From NCBI GenBank assembly GCA_976226885.1, contig OZ320316.1:57846001-57910000 (forward strand): a stretch of 64,000 nt of DNA, given 5' to 3'. The translations under genes and the position numbers were made by a program. A model generated the notes under the pieces. The model was not told the DNA's origin. It did not search any database and saw only the letters and a program-made list of their open reading frames with translations. Source of the DNA: Iphione sp. A-MEVVRFRX5. Its lineage: Eukaryota. Positions 25,950 through 37,580 of this stretch are shown here, one piece after another (position 1 is the first letter of the stretch; each line of letters starts with the position of its first letter).

Positions 25950-27245
25950 AAAGTTACATTCACTCAACAATATGACGTTGTATTGGGTATGATCCATAAT
26001 GTAATCGTATCGGTTATCTCCCATGCTAGACAGGTCCCATACGACAGGATGGAGCATATATTACATTGATATAAAGAACAATATATTGTTTTACTAGAGA
26101 CATAGCATGGTTAATGTACTGCCCACACTGAAAGTTGTTGGTTTGAGGTGCTAGAGGTATTACATACATCTGCACGTTGTGCCTGCCGTCATCGGATGCG
26201 GTAGAAACATTTTTTAATTCCCTTCAAATGGACTTGCATCATGTGCAAGATAATGAGTATTTTATGAAATATGTTATTGTGGGCAATATGAACATAGACT
26301 TATGAAAGTGTTCAAACTCTTTAAATCCACTCATTTTGAAGGGGGGAATGTTGGGATACAAGTAAATAAAGAGCCAACACGTGACACATCAAGAACCCAA
26401 ATTATAATTGATCTATGTATAACACATATACATTATATGACTCATAATCAAGTGAAAACAAATTTAAGTTAGCATTATCAGCGGGAGCAAAATGCAGATT
26501 GAATACACTGTCCAAAACTTTAGGAATTTTGAAAAGTTTCATTTTCGTACATTTGATAAAACATTTATGCAAATTGAGTGGCAAAATGTAATACAAGCAT
26601 AGATAAAAAATGTAAATTTATTTATGGTTCAATTTTGGAGTTGATCACCAAGTAACCAGATTATGTACAATCTCCCCTGAAGTGGCAGAACTGATTTCAA
26701 AATTGCCTGACGCCAAAGCTAGGGTACTTGATGATATAGCGCCAGACAATCATAAATGCACTTTTCACATTATCATATCAAAATGTGGACCCGATTAATC
26801 ATTTTGGGATAATAGACATATAGGGAATTATAGACCAACTAGTCAGCTATCTCTACTCTCAAAAACTATAGAAAGATTAGTTTTTATATGGCTAATGAAG
26901 TATCTAGAGGGATATCATTCTGGATTTAGGGAAAAACGTGGCACAGACACTGTTGTATTTGCCTTAGTGAGCCTAATCCATCTGAAAAAATGGAAATACG
27001 GTCACATGCTGCTGCATTGACTTATCTGAGGCGTTCAACTCTGTTTCTTATTGTTTTGCTAAAATCAGAGGAGATACATGCAGACAGTGCAATTTCTTGG
27101 ATGAAGTCAACTCTCCCTGATAAGAGGCAAATCCCTGAAATATCTGATGCATATTCAGATGACTGCCCAATAACGTACGGGACGCCTTGGAGATCAATAT
27201 TTGGTCTGTTATTAGTTTTAATTTCTAGAAATGCCTTTCCATATA
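25950..27245 (+). mobile_element. Decayed LINE ORF2 (APE endonuclease + RT N-half)
   Basis: TESCWFEV, YVIVGNMNIDL, KEPTRDT..IIDLCIT, PEVAELISKLPD, GNYRPTSQLSLLSKTIERL, SGFREKRGT, IDLSEAFNSVSY, SWMKSTLPDKRQ..CPITYGTPWRSIFGLL. Confidence 0.8.
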
Positions 27246-27289
27246 TGTTGTAGTTGAATCTTTGGAACTAAGGCCTTATTGGAACTGAG

Positions 27290-28605
27290 AAGTCTTTGAA
27301 AAAGGACTACAGCTAGCTTTCCATGTGCACACGTCACTGTGGGGTATGCTTCCATAGGCATGAATATCTATCTGATTACCACTGTACAGGAACACGATGG
27401 CAGTGTCTATATCCACACCGTGTTTCCTGCCATAAAAACGTGTTCGACCCAAATGCCCTTGATGAGGTCATCAACAAAATTCCAAAGAACTGTTTCAAAT
27501 TCCTATATGCGGATCACCTTACCATCCTAGTGGGAGCAAAAAACCTGCGCAGATTGTGGGGGATGTGTCAGCTTGCGGTCAATGCTGTATCACATTGGTG
27601 ATGTTAAGTGAAGGGATATGCTGTTACACGCCGTTGGGCAGATCATCACCACTCTTGACATCAAAGTTAACAACTCGGACCTGGTTATGGTAAGACAGAC
27701 ACACATTCTAGGGTATGTCCTGGACTCGCGCCTATCCTCGTTCGATGCACTAAAGGATTTAAAGGAGAAGATGTGGCATGCATCAGTAAAGATAGGAAGG
27801 ACACAGGCTTCTTCCACTGATGGCAAGGCTGACATTATTCAAGGCGCCGGTAATGTCCCATCTTCAGTATAACACTGCGATGTGCTTTGGTTGCTCAAAA
27901 GCAGTGATATGTAACCTGCAGATTCACCTGAATCGCTGCATGAGGATCAGTCTAAGAGATAGGCCATGTCAGACAGCCAAGGCAATTGGCAAGCGTTTAT
28001 GCATTGAAAGGGTGGAGGAAATGGTAGCTCATTGGACGCCAGCAGCCACTCATCGGTTAATGCGCCTGAGTCTACTATCGGAGGCATCTTCTACCAGGAC
28101 TAGGGGAGGTAGAGCAGTAAGGATCAAGTTAGACCGACCTAGAAGTAGAGGGCATGCACGTAGCCTGTGGTATAGATCATGTTCCTTGTGGAACAACCTA
28201 CCATCATCATTGAAAAGGCACCCTAGGCCAAATTTCAGGCAGTGGGTAGCCGCTGCTTCATGACCCTCCAGTCTAACCTCATAGCCAGAGAGTCCATGCA
28301 ATGTAGGCACGATCCACGAACCAACATAAGAAAGGTTAGTGTCACCACAGGGTGGCTCTTAAATGCTTTAGCAAAAACTTGAAAGATGGGGTGAGGTAGT
28401 CGTGTGAACAAAGGAGACTGGCGAGAACTTTAATCACGTATGCTTGAGGCAACTTTGTTTTGAGAGCGATTGAGTGGGAAATGACAAATATTGTTTGACA
28501 ACTACTCTTTATTGTTTTACCTTTTTACATTGTACATTCATCGATTGTCCAATGAGAACTTTGTCTATGTACGAAGACGGTCAATAAATATTCAATTCAA
28601 TTCAA
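27290..28605 (+). mobile_element. 5'-truncated LINE RT remnant, same family as the RT at 2981-4985
   Basis: YLSD, LYADHLTILV, ILGYVLDSRL..KMWHASVKIGRT, CIERVEEMVAH..RLMRLSLL, RSLWYRSCSLWNNLP. 3' AATAAA (28583) plus (TTCAA)3 tail (28591-28605); assigning the tail to this copy is inferred. Confidence 0.85.
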
Positions 28606-28611
28606 CGGACA

Positions 28612-28790
28612 CAGAAAAATCGGGGAAATTAGCCAAAAACCAGTCAAATTTAACAAAAATGGGGCAAATATCAGGCAAACTCAGTCAGAAACAGCAGTGG
28701 AAAATTCAAGTGGTGAAATTCCTGCAAATTTAGCAGAAAAACGGTACAATTGGTGAACACAAATGAGAAAAATAAGGGAACATTGGTAAA
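28612..28790. repeat. Degenerate tandem repeat with phased A-tracts
   Basis: AAAAT/AAATT tracts mostly 10-11 bp apart. Confidence 0.55.
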
Positions 28791-28792
28791 TA

Positions 28793-29297
28793 CAGTCAAA
28801 CGTCCCAATTCCGGACACCCTCAATTCTGCTTCAAATCGTCTGCTTTTCAGAAGTGTCCTGCACTCAGTCGTATCTGAGATATGTATATTGTTAAAGTCC
28901 TAAAAGTGCAGAATTTGACAGGTATGAGACATAAAAGTGCAGACTTTGATGATTGAAAGTCCTAAAAGTGCTGAAATTGACGAGTATGAGTCATAAAAGT
29001 GCTGAATTTGATTAAGAGTCCCACAGGTGCAGAATTTGACAAGTAAGAGTAATAAAAGTGTGTGCGTGACAACCTTTGAAAATGATTTCTGAAGCCTCTC
29101 TGCTGCCTCAGGGGGTCTGGGAGGATATTCATGCAACAACAGTGTCTGTAGGGAGACACTCTGTAAAATTAGCTGTCCTCATTGGAGATGTCTCCTTATA
29201 ATTGTTATGTATGGGAACAAAGTCCATTCTTTGCCAAATCATCCACATTTGGGAAGTGTCCGCATCCCAGATGCATCTGTGAGGGGACATGGCACTG
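28793..29297. mobile_element. TA-flanked non-autonomous DNA transposon (Tc1/mariner-pogo type MITE)
   Basis: Left TA|CAGTCAAACGTCCCAATTCCGGACAC. Right end in reverse reads TA|CAGTGCCATGTCCC..CGGACAC. Subterminal GTGTCC repeats. The TIR is imperfect. Confidence 0.45.
28897..29060. repeat. 31-bp minisatellite, ~5.3 units with alternating (62-bp) higher-order pattern
   Basis: Consensus GTCCTAAAAGTGCAGAATTTGACAAGTATGA. Unit lengths 31,31,31,28,31. Confidence 0.85.
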
Positions 29298-30162
29298 TAT
29301 GAGGAAATATTTTGTATTTATGAAACATAGCTAAAATGATTCCTTAATGTCACCTTTCATGTACTGCTTTGGAAAACGTGCTCTAATGCTGTGGAAAATG
29401 GAACAATTCCCATTCTGAAACCATGCCTACACACCCGTGAATACATGCAACTGGGCCCACATTTACATGGAAATATGCGTGTGTATTCATGTATTCCCCA
29501 AAACCATGCTGCAACAGATCGGTGATAACATGCATGCATGGAAACCCAGCCTTAGAGCTAACTTTTTTTTTTACCATGAACTAGTATTATCTGACTCACA
29601 TGTATTATATGTTATGGAAATGTTTCAGTTTGTTAAAGACCACAGCCAAAAGAATGATAATATCAAGAGGTTAGAGATATTGTATAATAACAGATTTGAT
29701 ATACTGGACGTGGTCTATACATGTTCACATTTATCATTAGGATTTAAATGTGTCCAAACTATATAAAGTTTTTTGTATGACTTCATATTTTTGTTCTCAT
29801 CACAATTGGAAGTTGTGTATAATATGAGAAAAGTAGGCTAGATGTGATCCAAGTAGTTTTATCATTAGTAGATTAAGGCACACATTTCGACTACTTCGAT
29901 AGAAGTCTTGGTGTGATCATTTTCTAATACTCTCAGTACACTGCATTGATGGTACCGTATCTATTTGATACATGTATATCAATACATTTTGAATGATGTA
30001 TTTACTACAGAATAATTCGACTGTTGCATTCATCATACACAAGTTGTGGCCATTGCTTGATATAGAATAGGATTAAATCTGAATTGTAATCGCACAGGAA
30101 TGTTCGAAATTGTATCTGTTATTAATATAGAATGAATTAGGTCTCCCTTAAAGCAATTAATA

Positions 30163-30565
30163 CAGAGAGAATTTCAAAACTGAACGATCGCCGTTTCCAC
30201 CAAAATCATTCAGTTTTGGGATAATTCAGATTTCGAGCTCATCAAACGGTAGTGTATACCTTCAAAAATCAGCAAAATTCAGCCATATTTGTCCAAAAAT
30301 AAGCCAAATTCATCCAGAAATTGGCAAAAATCAGCCATATTTGTCCAAAATGAACAAAAATTCATCCAAAAATTGGTGAAACTCGGCCAAATTTGTCCCA
30401 AGATGGACAAAAATCATCCAAATTCATCTGAAAATTGTTCGGATTTGGGATAGAATTGTTCAGTTATATGAGTGTCTAAATGGAGAAAAACATTTGGTTC
30501 CCAGAAATATCGTTCGGATTTGGGAAAATTCGTTTTTTGAGTGTTCGGTTTTGGAGTAACCTCTG
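30163..30565. mobile_element. TA-flanked MITE with internal phased A-tract array
   Basis: TA|CAGAGAGAATTTCAAAACTGAAC... and ...GTTCGGTTTTGGAGTAACCTCTG|TA form an imperfect ~27-bp TIR. Subterminal GTTCGGATTT repeats and an internal ~21/52-bp repeat at 30262-30440. Confidence 0.65.
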
Positions 30566-30929
30566 TATATCAGTATCACTGCTGACAACCCCATAGACAC
30601 ATATTTGTAGCTTCATTACATTTTATTGCTAGCACATATGTGTTAATTGTGTAATGTTGTGCCAGTGGAAATAAAGATCATGAAAAAATGTCTCTTGTTA
30701 TTTACTGTACCAACCTAAAAGAATACGAAGATTCCACTGCATTGCCTCCATATTGCATTTATGTTTAGGATGCAACATCCATGATTGATAATTATTTCAT
30801 CTAAGGCTCCATCTCTTATTAGAAACAAGCATCGTTATCGATCTTAAAAAGTATTCCCTTAATTTGCAACTACCCATTCTAGTTCTCTTCCTCTCGCCTC
30901 ACTGCTTTTCCGGCTTGACTTCCTCTTAC

Positions 30930-31261
30930 CTGTGTTTTCGCCCATAGGGACGAGCTTTGTCTAAGACGAAGGTACATTCTACGCAAAGTAGCTAATTTTT
31001 CCTCAAAGGGAAATAAGCCATCGGCGTTTGCATGCTGCGGCGAAGTCAAATGTAATGAAGATGTATGGTTCTGTGTCTGAGGCACTGCACAGGTTAGTGG
31101 CTTAATTGACTCCAAGCAAAGCTGCTTTGGGGGTGTCGGTGGTGATGGAGGCGGGCGGAGACACACAGCGGGTGGTGGGCTGGAGAAAATGCCCACGACG
31201 ATTGCCCATCTGCATGGCCGGGACATCTGGGCGGAAGGTTGAGGAGACATCTATCTTCCGC
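30930..31261 (-). CDS. Candidate first coding exon, unknown product (107 aa, Pro-rich)
   Basis: Polypyrimidine acceptor CTCTCTTTTTCTCGCGAAG, ATG at 31250 preceded by an in-frame stop, open to donor CAG|GTAAGA at 30929. No domain recognised. Confidence 0.25.
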
Positions 31262-33554
31262 CTTCGCGAGAAAAAGAGAGTTCGTGGATTAAAGGACGAC
31301 TCTCTGTGAATCGTTTCTCTTACATGATTCTGTCATTGACGGACCACCTAGCGGTGACACGACGCTCCTGAGAGATAAGCGTTAACGACGCCGAGACGTG
31401 ACTGACTACGTCCACGACAACCACCACTCGAGTCAGCTCCTTTTGATTCTACTTTCACTGAACACCAGAGCTTAACGCATTGGTGGTATGAAAAGACATG
31501 AAAATATTGATAATAATAAACTTCAGTAAAGGGAAAATGACCGAGGGGCATCTATTGTGCAAACGTCCTTATTAGGAAATGAACATTACCGGTGGTTTTC
31601 AAAATCAGGCCTGCACTTGGTAAATATCTCATTTAACCTTCGGATTTCGGATTGAACAACAATTTCTACTTTTATGTTCAGATCTGTTATTACGGAAGTT
31701 TTTACCCCGGAATTTCAGGATTAGGGCAAAAATGTCCCCCGCTACAGCCTATTCTGTACATGTGAACAATGACTCTTGACAAATTATGCCATGAAAGAGA
31801 ATCATCAGTGAATCCTAAAATGATTTCCCACAGGCGAAATTGCGGGTAACGCGAATCGGCTGGTCTTTGCTGGTGTTCTCATTTAACACACGAGTAACCC
31901 TGAGAGGCTGATGTGCCAAATGCCCAGTGAAACGAGTCCATCATCTTCACTAAGGAACGCCAGTTTCAAACAGGGAATGAGAAGCATGGTTATATTTTTT
32001 GTGGAAGTGTTTTTAATCGTCCTGTCTGCTTATCTAAGAAAATACGTTCCAGTGATTTGGATTGTGATTAAGCGAGGACCTAACCGAAGGAGATGCAGGA
32101 AAAAGGAGAATTTGTCCCTGAAAATTACTGCGCAAGCAAAATGCGCACTGTTACATCCGCCCGTGGCAGGTTCGTTGGGCACGATGTTTGACAAGGATCA
32201 CAAATCCCTTTTTCCTTGCCGCTTCGGCACCGGATTTTCTCAATGTAATAGTAAAGAAATAGCAAAGTGTCCAAAAGTGTAAACGTCCAATACGTGATAC
32301 CTAATTCAATCATGAATAAATCTCAGATGATGAATATGTTATTTTCAAACAGGTTAATATTTCGGAAGCGCCGTTGGCTGGAGAGAAGCCACATGTCAGC
32401 CGTCGTCGCTTGTCGAGAACGTAATCTTCGAATGTGAAGATCATTTGTCGGTTCTGTCAAAGCAACAGGGGAAAAAGATAAATAAAAGACAACCCAAGGA
32501 AGCGACAAGGAACACAGACTCGCCGATTTTATCGACCATTGGGACAGAGAACAGTGTTTTCGGGCAGCGATATGATATCCTATCGGCATTAGTGTAAATA
32601 TATTAGGTATTTCATAATTGGAAGTCAATTGATGTCCCCATCAGACTAATCATGTAAAAGATTAGTATATATATTGCAACGGATATAAATATATATATAA
32701 TGCCGGATGTTCACGTCTACTTGCACCGTAACCAACTCTCACCGTAAGTACCCTTTTGGAATGGGCTATATAAATTGAAAATAAAACGATCAATACTTAA
32801 GGTTATACGTGTTGGTTCTTGTATGAGTTCACGATGGTTTATGCTTTTTCAATTCTGCTTGAAGATTTTAGCCATCAGCGACTTGTTGCTTCCCCGATTC
32901 ATACCATCACCGATTCGCAACAACGTCACGATACCACCTACTGGCACTCTCACTGATTTAAATGCTTATATCTGCCTGCATCTATCAGTTGTCAACGCAA
33001 TATGAACCTATATGTTTTTATCTCTACCTTTGAGTCCGATAAACATCTATTTGTAAATTCTAAAGCTATGAGACTTGAAACATGTCACATGTCCAGGCAG
33101 GAAGGTCAAGTTTGTAAAGACGAAAGTTGATTTTGGCACGACTCATCCAGGGTCCGATGTGATGCGTTCTGATCCGATACCTTTATATAATTATCTATCA
33201 GCCCAATTAACCTTTGCATCCAACTTTTAAAAATCCCTTTATGACATGGACTTATTTTCACACCAGACCAAATGTTCTGCCTTGTCTCATCCTTTATTCT
33301 CTTATATGTACTTAAATCTACATATACATACATTTGAACAAGGCCGCCGGAGATTTCGTCTGAAGCCCACGCTGTGGTGTTCAACATGATTGTTTCTATG
33401 TGTGTGTGGCACGTGGTGTTTGGTTCATGGTGTGGATAGGTGTGGAGACCGAAAAATGGCCAAGAGGTCATACATTTCTCTGGATTCCGGACTCTGGAGG
33501 GTCAGGTGCAGTCAGGAATGGTCAATTTAACGTCTCACATATGTTTGATGATGT

Positions 33555-33820
33555 AAAATATTAACAGAATTGGTCAGAATTTTTTTAAATTGGTACACAC
33601 ACACAGTTTTAACAGAATTGAATGTAATTCTTTCCAATAAGTACCAAAAAAATGTGCACCGATTGGTACAAAAAACACACAGTTTGAGTAGAATTGGTCC
33701 GAAATCTTTCAGATAGGCGCAAAACAACAGTTTTAACAGAATTGGTCAGAATTCCTTGAAATCTCTCTCTCTCCCTCCCTCCCCCTCCCTCTATCTCCCC
33801 TCCTTCTATCTCTCCCCTCT
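33555..33820. repeat. Degenerate ~52-bp tandem repeat with phased A-tracts, followed by CT-rich microsatellite
   Basis: Recurring ACAGTTTTAACAGAATTGGTCAGAA units, then (CT/CCCT)n at 33764-33820. Confidence 0.7.
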
Positions 33821-34543
33821 GTACACATGGAAAGCAACTCTCTGGCGAGGTCTAGAGGGGTCTGGAAAATTTGCCAAAATTTCACTTTTTCACAATTTTT
33901 GACCAAATGATCATTCATACCTGATCTACTCATATACCAAAAAATATTCTCGTATCTTTTATACTTTTGAGCACTGTCCTAAGAAATCACATCCTCTTTC
34001 CTCAGTTTGTCAGCTCTTCCATGTGCCCAGTATTTGTGAAGGAGCTCAAGGTGCTGATTGGCTGTCAGCTTGTCTGTTATTCACACCTCTTTCGCAACGG
34101 CCATACGACTTAAACAAGTAATATGAAGTTTGTCGAGAAAAATGCTACAACAATTATATTCATTCAGTTTACTTGCGATAAATTCATCAATAATAAGTGT
34201 ATATTTTAGTCCATGTTATTTCCACAGGTTAACTGGAGCGATAAGGCCCCGTTTTGATTGTGCTGTTAGCGGGTACCACTAGGTGGCCACAGTAATCACA
34301 AGGTCACGTGACGGCTCGAGATTTACGCGGCCCAGTGCGTTCCCTACGGGTTTGCAAGCCGCCATGATGGATGTGACGTCGGTAGATCAGGGACGTTGTT
34401 CTCCTGCGTCGTTATCAACGTCAGCCGTGGCGGTTTCACAGCCCATTACTATGGCTGGTACCCGCATTCAACATAGTGCCATTTAGCGCGTTGCTTTCCG
34501 CTGCTCCTAGTACCTCCGTGAACACACGCATGCAATCTCTAAC

Positions 34544-35071
34544 CTTTACGTTCTTCGGCATGTTTAGGAAAGGCCATTGCCTCCTCATCTCCAGAGGGAG
34601 TTGAAGTCCTCGCAAGTCCTCTCTTGTCCTCTTGCTACAGGGATAAATCCTTGAAATATTATAAAAATGCTTTACCAGATACATACCCATACTATACAAT
34701 TGTGCTCGTAGATGTACACTTTCTGCGCTCTTCGTGTTTACAAACTTGTCTAGTGAATGGACCTATATACAGACACATTTCTAAGGAACTTACTGCAGCC
34801 TTTCTTCGATTACGACTATAATCCCTGTTTATCGCGCATATTTGATACACATGTGCGAATCTAACAGTTAGAAAGTAGGACGCAGTTGCATCGATAATTT
34901 CTTTTGCATAAATATCATTTTGGGAATAGGGAGAAACAACTAGTCCATATTTGCCAGCAAAGGTAGTGTGAACAAACTGGTCGACATTGGACGAGGCACA
35001 GCGAGGTTTATTGTCCCTTTGTTGAGCCATGATACAATGTGGGACGTTATTAGTTACCGCATAGGCACAAA
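34544..35071 (-). CDS. Candidate exon pair (35071-34794, 34634-34544), unknown product
   Basis: Open frames join in phase across a 159-nt GTAAGT...CCCTGTAG intron (..RRKAA|QEDKRG..). No domain recognised. Confidence 0.25.
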
Positions 35072-37480
35072 CTGCAGTTGCGAGAGCGGATCACCACAGC
35101 AAATAGACTGTAATACAAATCGGTCTTAGACGTTATTTCATACTTATGAACCTAATGCCAAGTAATATTTGTTTGATCCATAAAATCTAATATGATTTAT
35201 AAGAGAGCCAACCCAGTATCTCGAATGGAGTGTTGCAATGGGGCAACTTCAAGGTGTATGCAACAGCCAAATCAATTTTTTGATGGAAAGTTAATTTGCT
35301 GTTGAATCGCCTTCACTGAGCTAAAGTCAATTCTCCTCAAGCGTCTCTTACAGGGATTGGTCCTGACTAGCTTGTCACTTTTTGTCTTTCTCCATGCTTA
35401 TCCTTACCGGAGTCTACCTCCTAATAATTGGTGATACATAACAGGCCGTTTTAACATCCGGCTCCTCTTGGCGGACGTGCCCATCCGGCGGGATATCGTT
35501 AGGGTCATCGATTTCGGTCGGGCCCTGTCCCATGACAGCCAGCTCTGGTGTACGTTATGTGCTGGTGGCAGGGCGTTCGCGTAGTATAAGCACTGGACCC
35601 AGGATGGAGGTACAGGAACGACAAAAGGCAGCACTGGGTGCCATCAGGCGACTCAGCGGGCTGATTCTTCCCCGAGTCGGGATGGGAACGTAAATACACC
35701 CTTCAGTGAAGAAGTTCAGGTCATCTAGCCGGGCTGCGACCTTCAGGCGTCCTTTTAGCATATTGCACTGAAATGTGATTAAGTGAAGCAATAGGTGGTT
35801 GCTCACAGGTTGTTCACTCTTCAGGTACTTTGAATCAGGCTAGTATGAATATAGTTACATGTAAATAAGTTTTAAAAAAACTTAGTGTAGGCTTATACCA
35901 CTTACGATCCTTCGCATTGTGCTGATGTAGGTTGCCTATAGGGATAACACTGGTACAGAAAAATGTTCGCATTTATGGGTTGTAGGTCACGGAGTCATGT
36001 GGTTCTACAGGGACCTATGCCTTAGACCCTTGTCTCCGTCAGCAAGATAGGAACATCCCTGTCGTGTAGCTACAATAAATGATAGGGCTTTCCACTCAGA
36101 GACTGATACATCATAAAACGCAATGCACCACAGTTCAGTTTTGAAAGTCAAACCTCGTCTATGTACAGCGGTATTCAATGTAATGATCATTTCTACTTTA
36201 CCAAGATCCACACTTAACTATCGTCATCTGGTCATCTTTTTGTAAAGCTCTTCGAAGTCGCCACTCAGGTGTGCGTAGCTAGAAATTACACAAACAAAAA
36301 TGAAATGTAGTCTTGATGATATCTCAGTTTCCACTCAATAACGCTAGGTGAAAATATGGATGATTTTAGTGCAAACAGAACAATGGCTACACCTCAGATA
36401 ATTTGACCAGAGAGCCAGTCGGCGCTGACCTGGGCTTAGGACCTTATATACCAGCATATCTGATCAGATGGCGAAGTATACCGCGTAGCAGCAGTCTGTG
36501 CACTAGTTGTACAATGTGGCCTAACCGTAATATTCTCAGTGATCTTCAGTACAACATTAACACCGTATGCATAAAGGGGACATGTTTATATGACGATATT
36601 GTTTCTGGAATGGAATGGAGGTATTTTCTTAGCCTTATCTACCCTAAGAATAATATCCATTCATTACCTTGTCTTAGGCTTTGCTCTATGCAATGCATGT
36701 CACAAGAAACGTATACTATGAAGGTAAGTGAAATACGCGATAATGAAGGAATCGCTCGCCCTCACTTAATTATTAGCCATTTGCTTTGCCTGCTTGAAGT
36801 ATGGCTGCGTTTAATTTCATGTGAATTTTTCAGTCAGCAACAATCAAAGTGTATTGTCCAACCGTCAAAATTAGAGTTACCCGTCTTGGGGCTCAATACT
36901 GATAGCTTATATAGGGTGCCACTTGGTGCAATGATTCGTCATGAGACATGACATCCTCATGCTTCTTATCTGATCAATCCGGCCTGTGGCCATGTTTACA
37001 TACATGTACTTCTATGTTAAAAAATAGTCCATGTACCATGACAATTGGGACGTCCCAACCTTAAACAGAAACCACATGGTTGCCCACAGATGCATGGCCA
37101 TGTATAAGCACAAAAATGGTTCAATTGATAAGAATATGTTCCCCAAACCATAGAAACACAGTGGGAAATGTGGCCGTATGCGGAATATTATATATAAAAT
37201 CTTGGAATCGAGAAGTTCATGTCCTAGTGGAGACTATTGATAACTGTTTATTTTTCATGTATCTGTATGCTATGCTTCAGTCAGTTTGCTTGAGTGTCTC
37301 CTACCGGCTTCACGGTACTGTGCTTTTCCTTTGACAAATTGGCACTGATGTATAACAATACACTCTTAAATTATTTTGTCTTTGCTACCTGCACAGTTAA
37401 GAATATTTTCAGCAGGAAATGTTTTGAACAAAAAAAAATATCATGCTCGTTGATATTTTATATCATTCTAGTTCATCCTG

Positions 37481-37580
37481 ATTGGTCAATAACATTCTGA
37501 ATTTATATCTTAAAGATTCCATGCCTGTTTCTGATTGGGTACACATGCATTCAGTCACATGACCGTGATTCCCTATATAT
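37481..37580 (+). promoter_or_regulatory. Candidate promoter: two inverted CCAAT boxes, GTCACATGAC E-box-like palindrome, TATA
   Basis: ATTGG at 37481 and 37534, GTCACATGAC at 37554-37563, TATATA at 37574. May instead be part of a repeat (similar motif pair reversed at 18009/18038). Confidence 0.3.

Noticed and set aside
29881-29915. Minus-strand GACT..AGTC-GAAA hairpin like hammerhead stem II
   Set aside because: The CUGANGA half of the core is missing.
28897-30440. Short regularly spaced repeats considered as a CRISPR array
   Set aside because: Contiguous tandem units without unique spacers, no cas genes, and an animal context.
35440-35570. Plus-strand IVRVIDFGRA resembling a kinase DFG motif
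   Set aside because: No HRD/catalytic loop or APE motif in frame, and stops on both sides.
36370-36951. Longest non-TE open frame (~190 codons)
   Set aside because: Unnatural composition, no ATG start or domain. One ORF of this length is near chance expectation for 64 kb. Only the AAG|GTAAGT donor at 36723 is notable.
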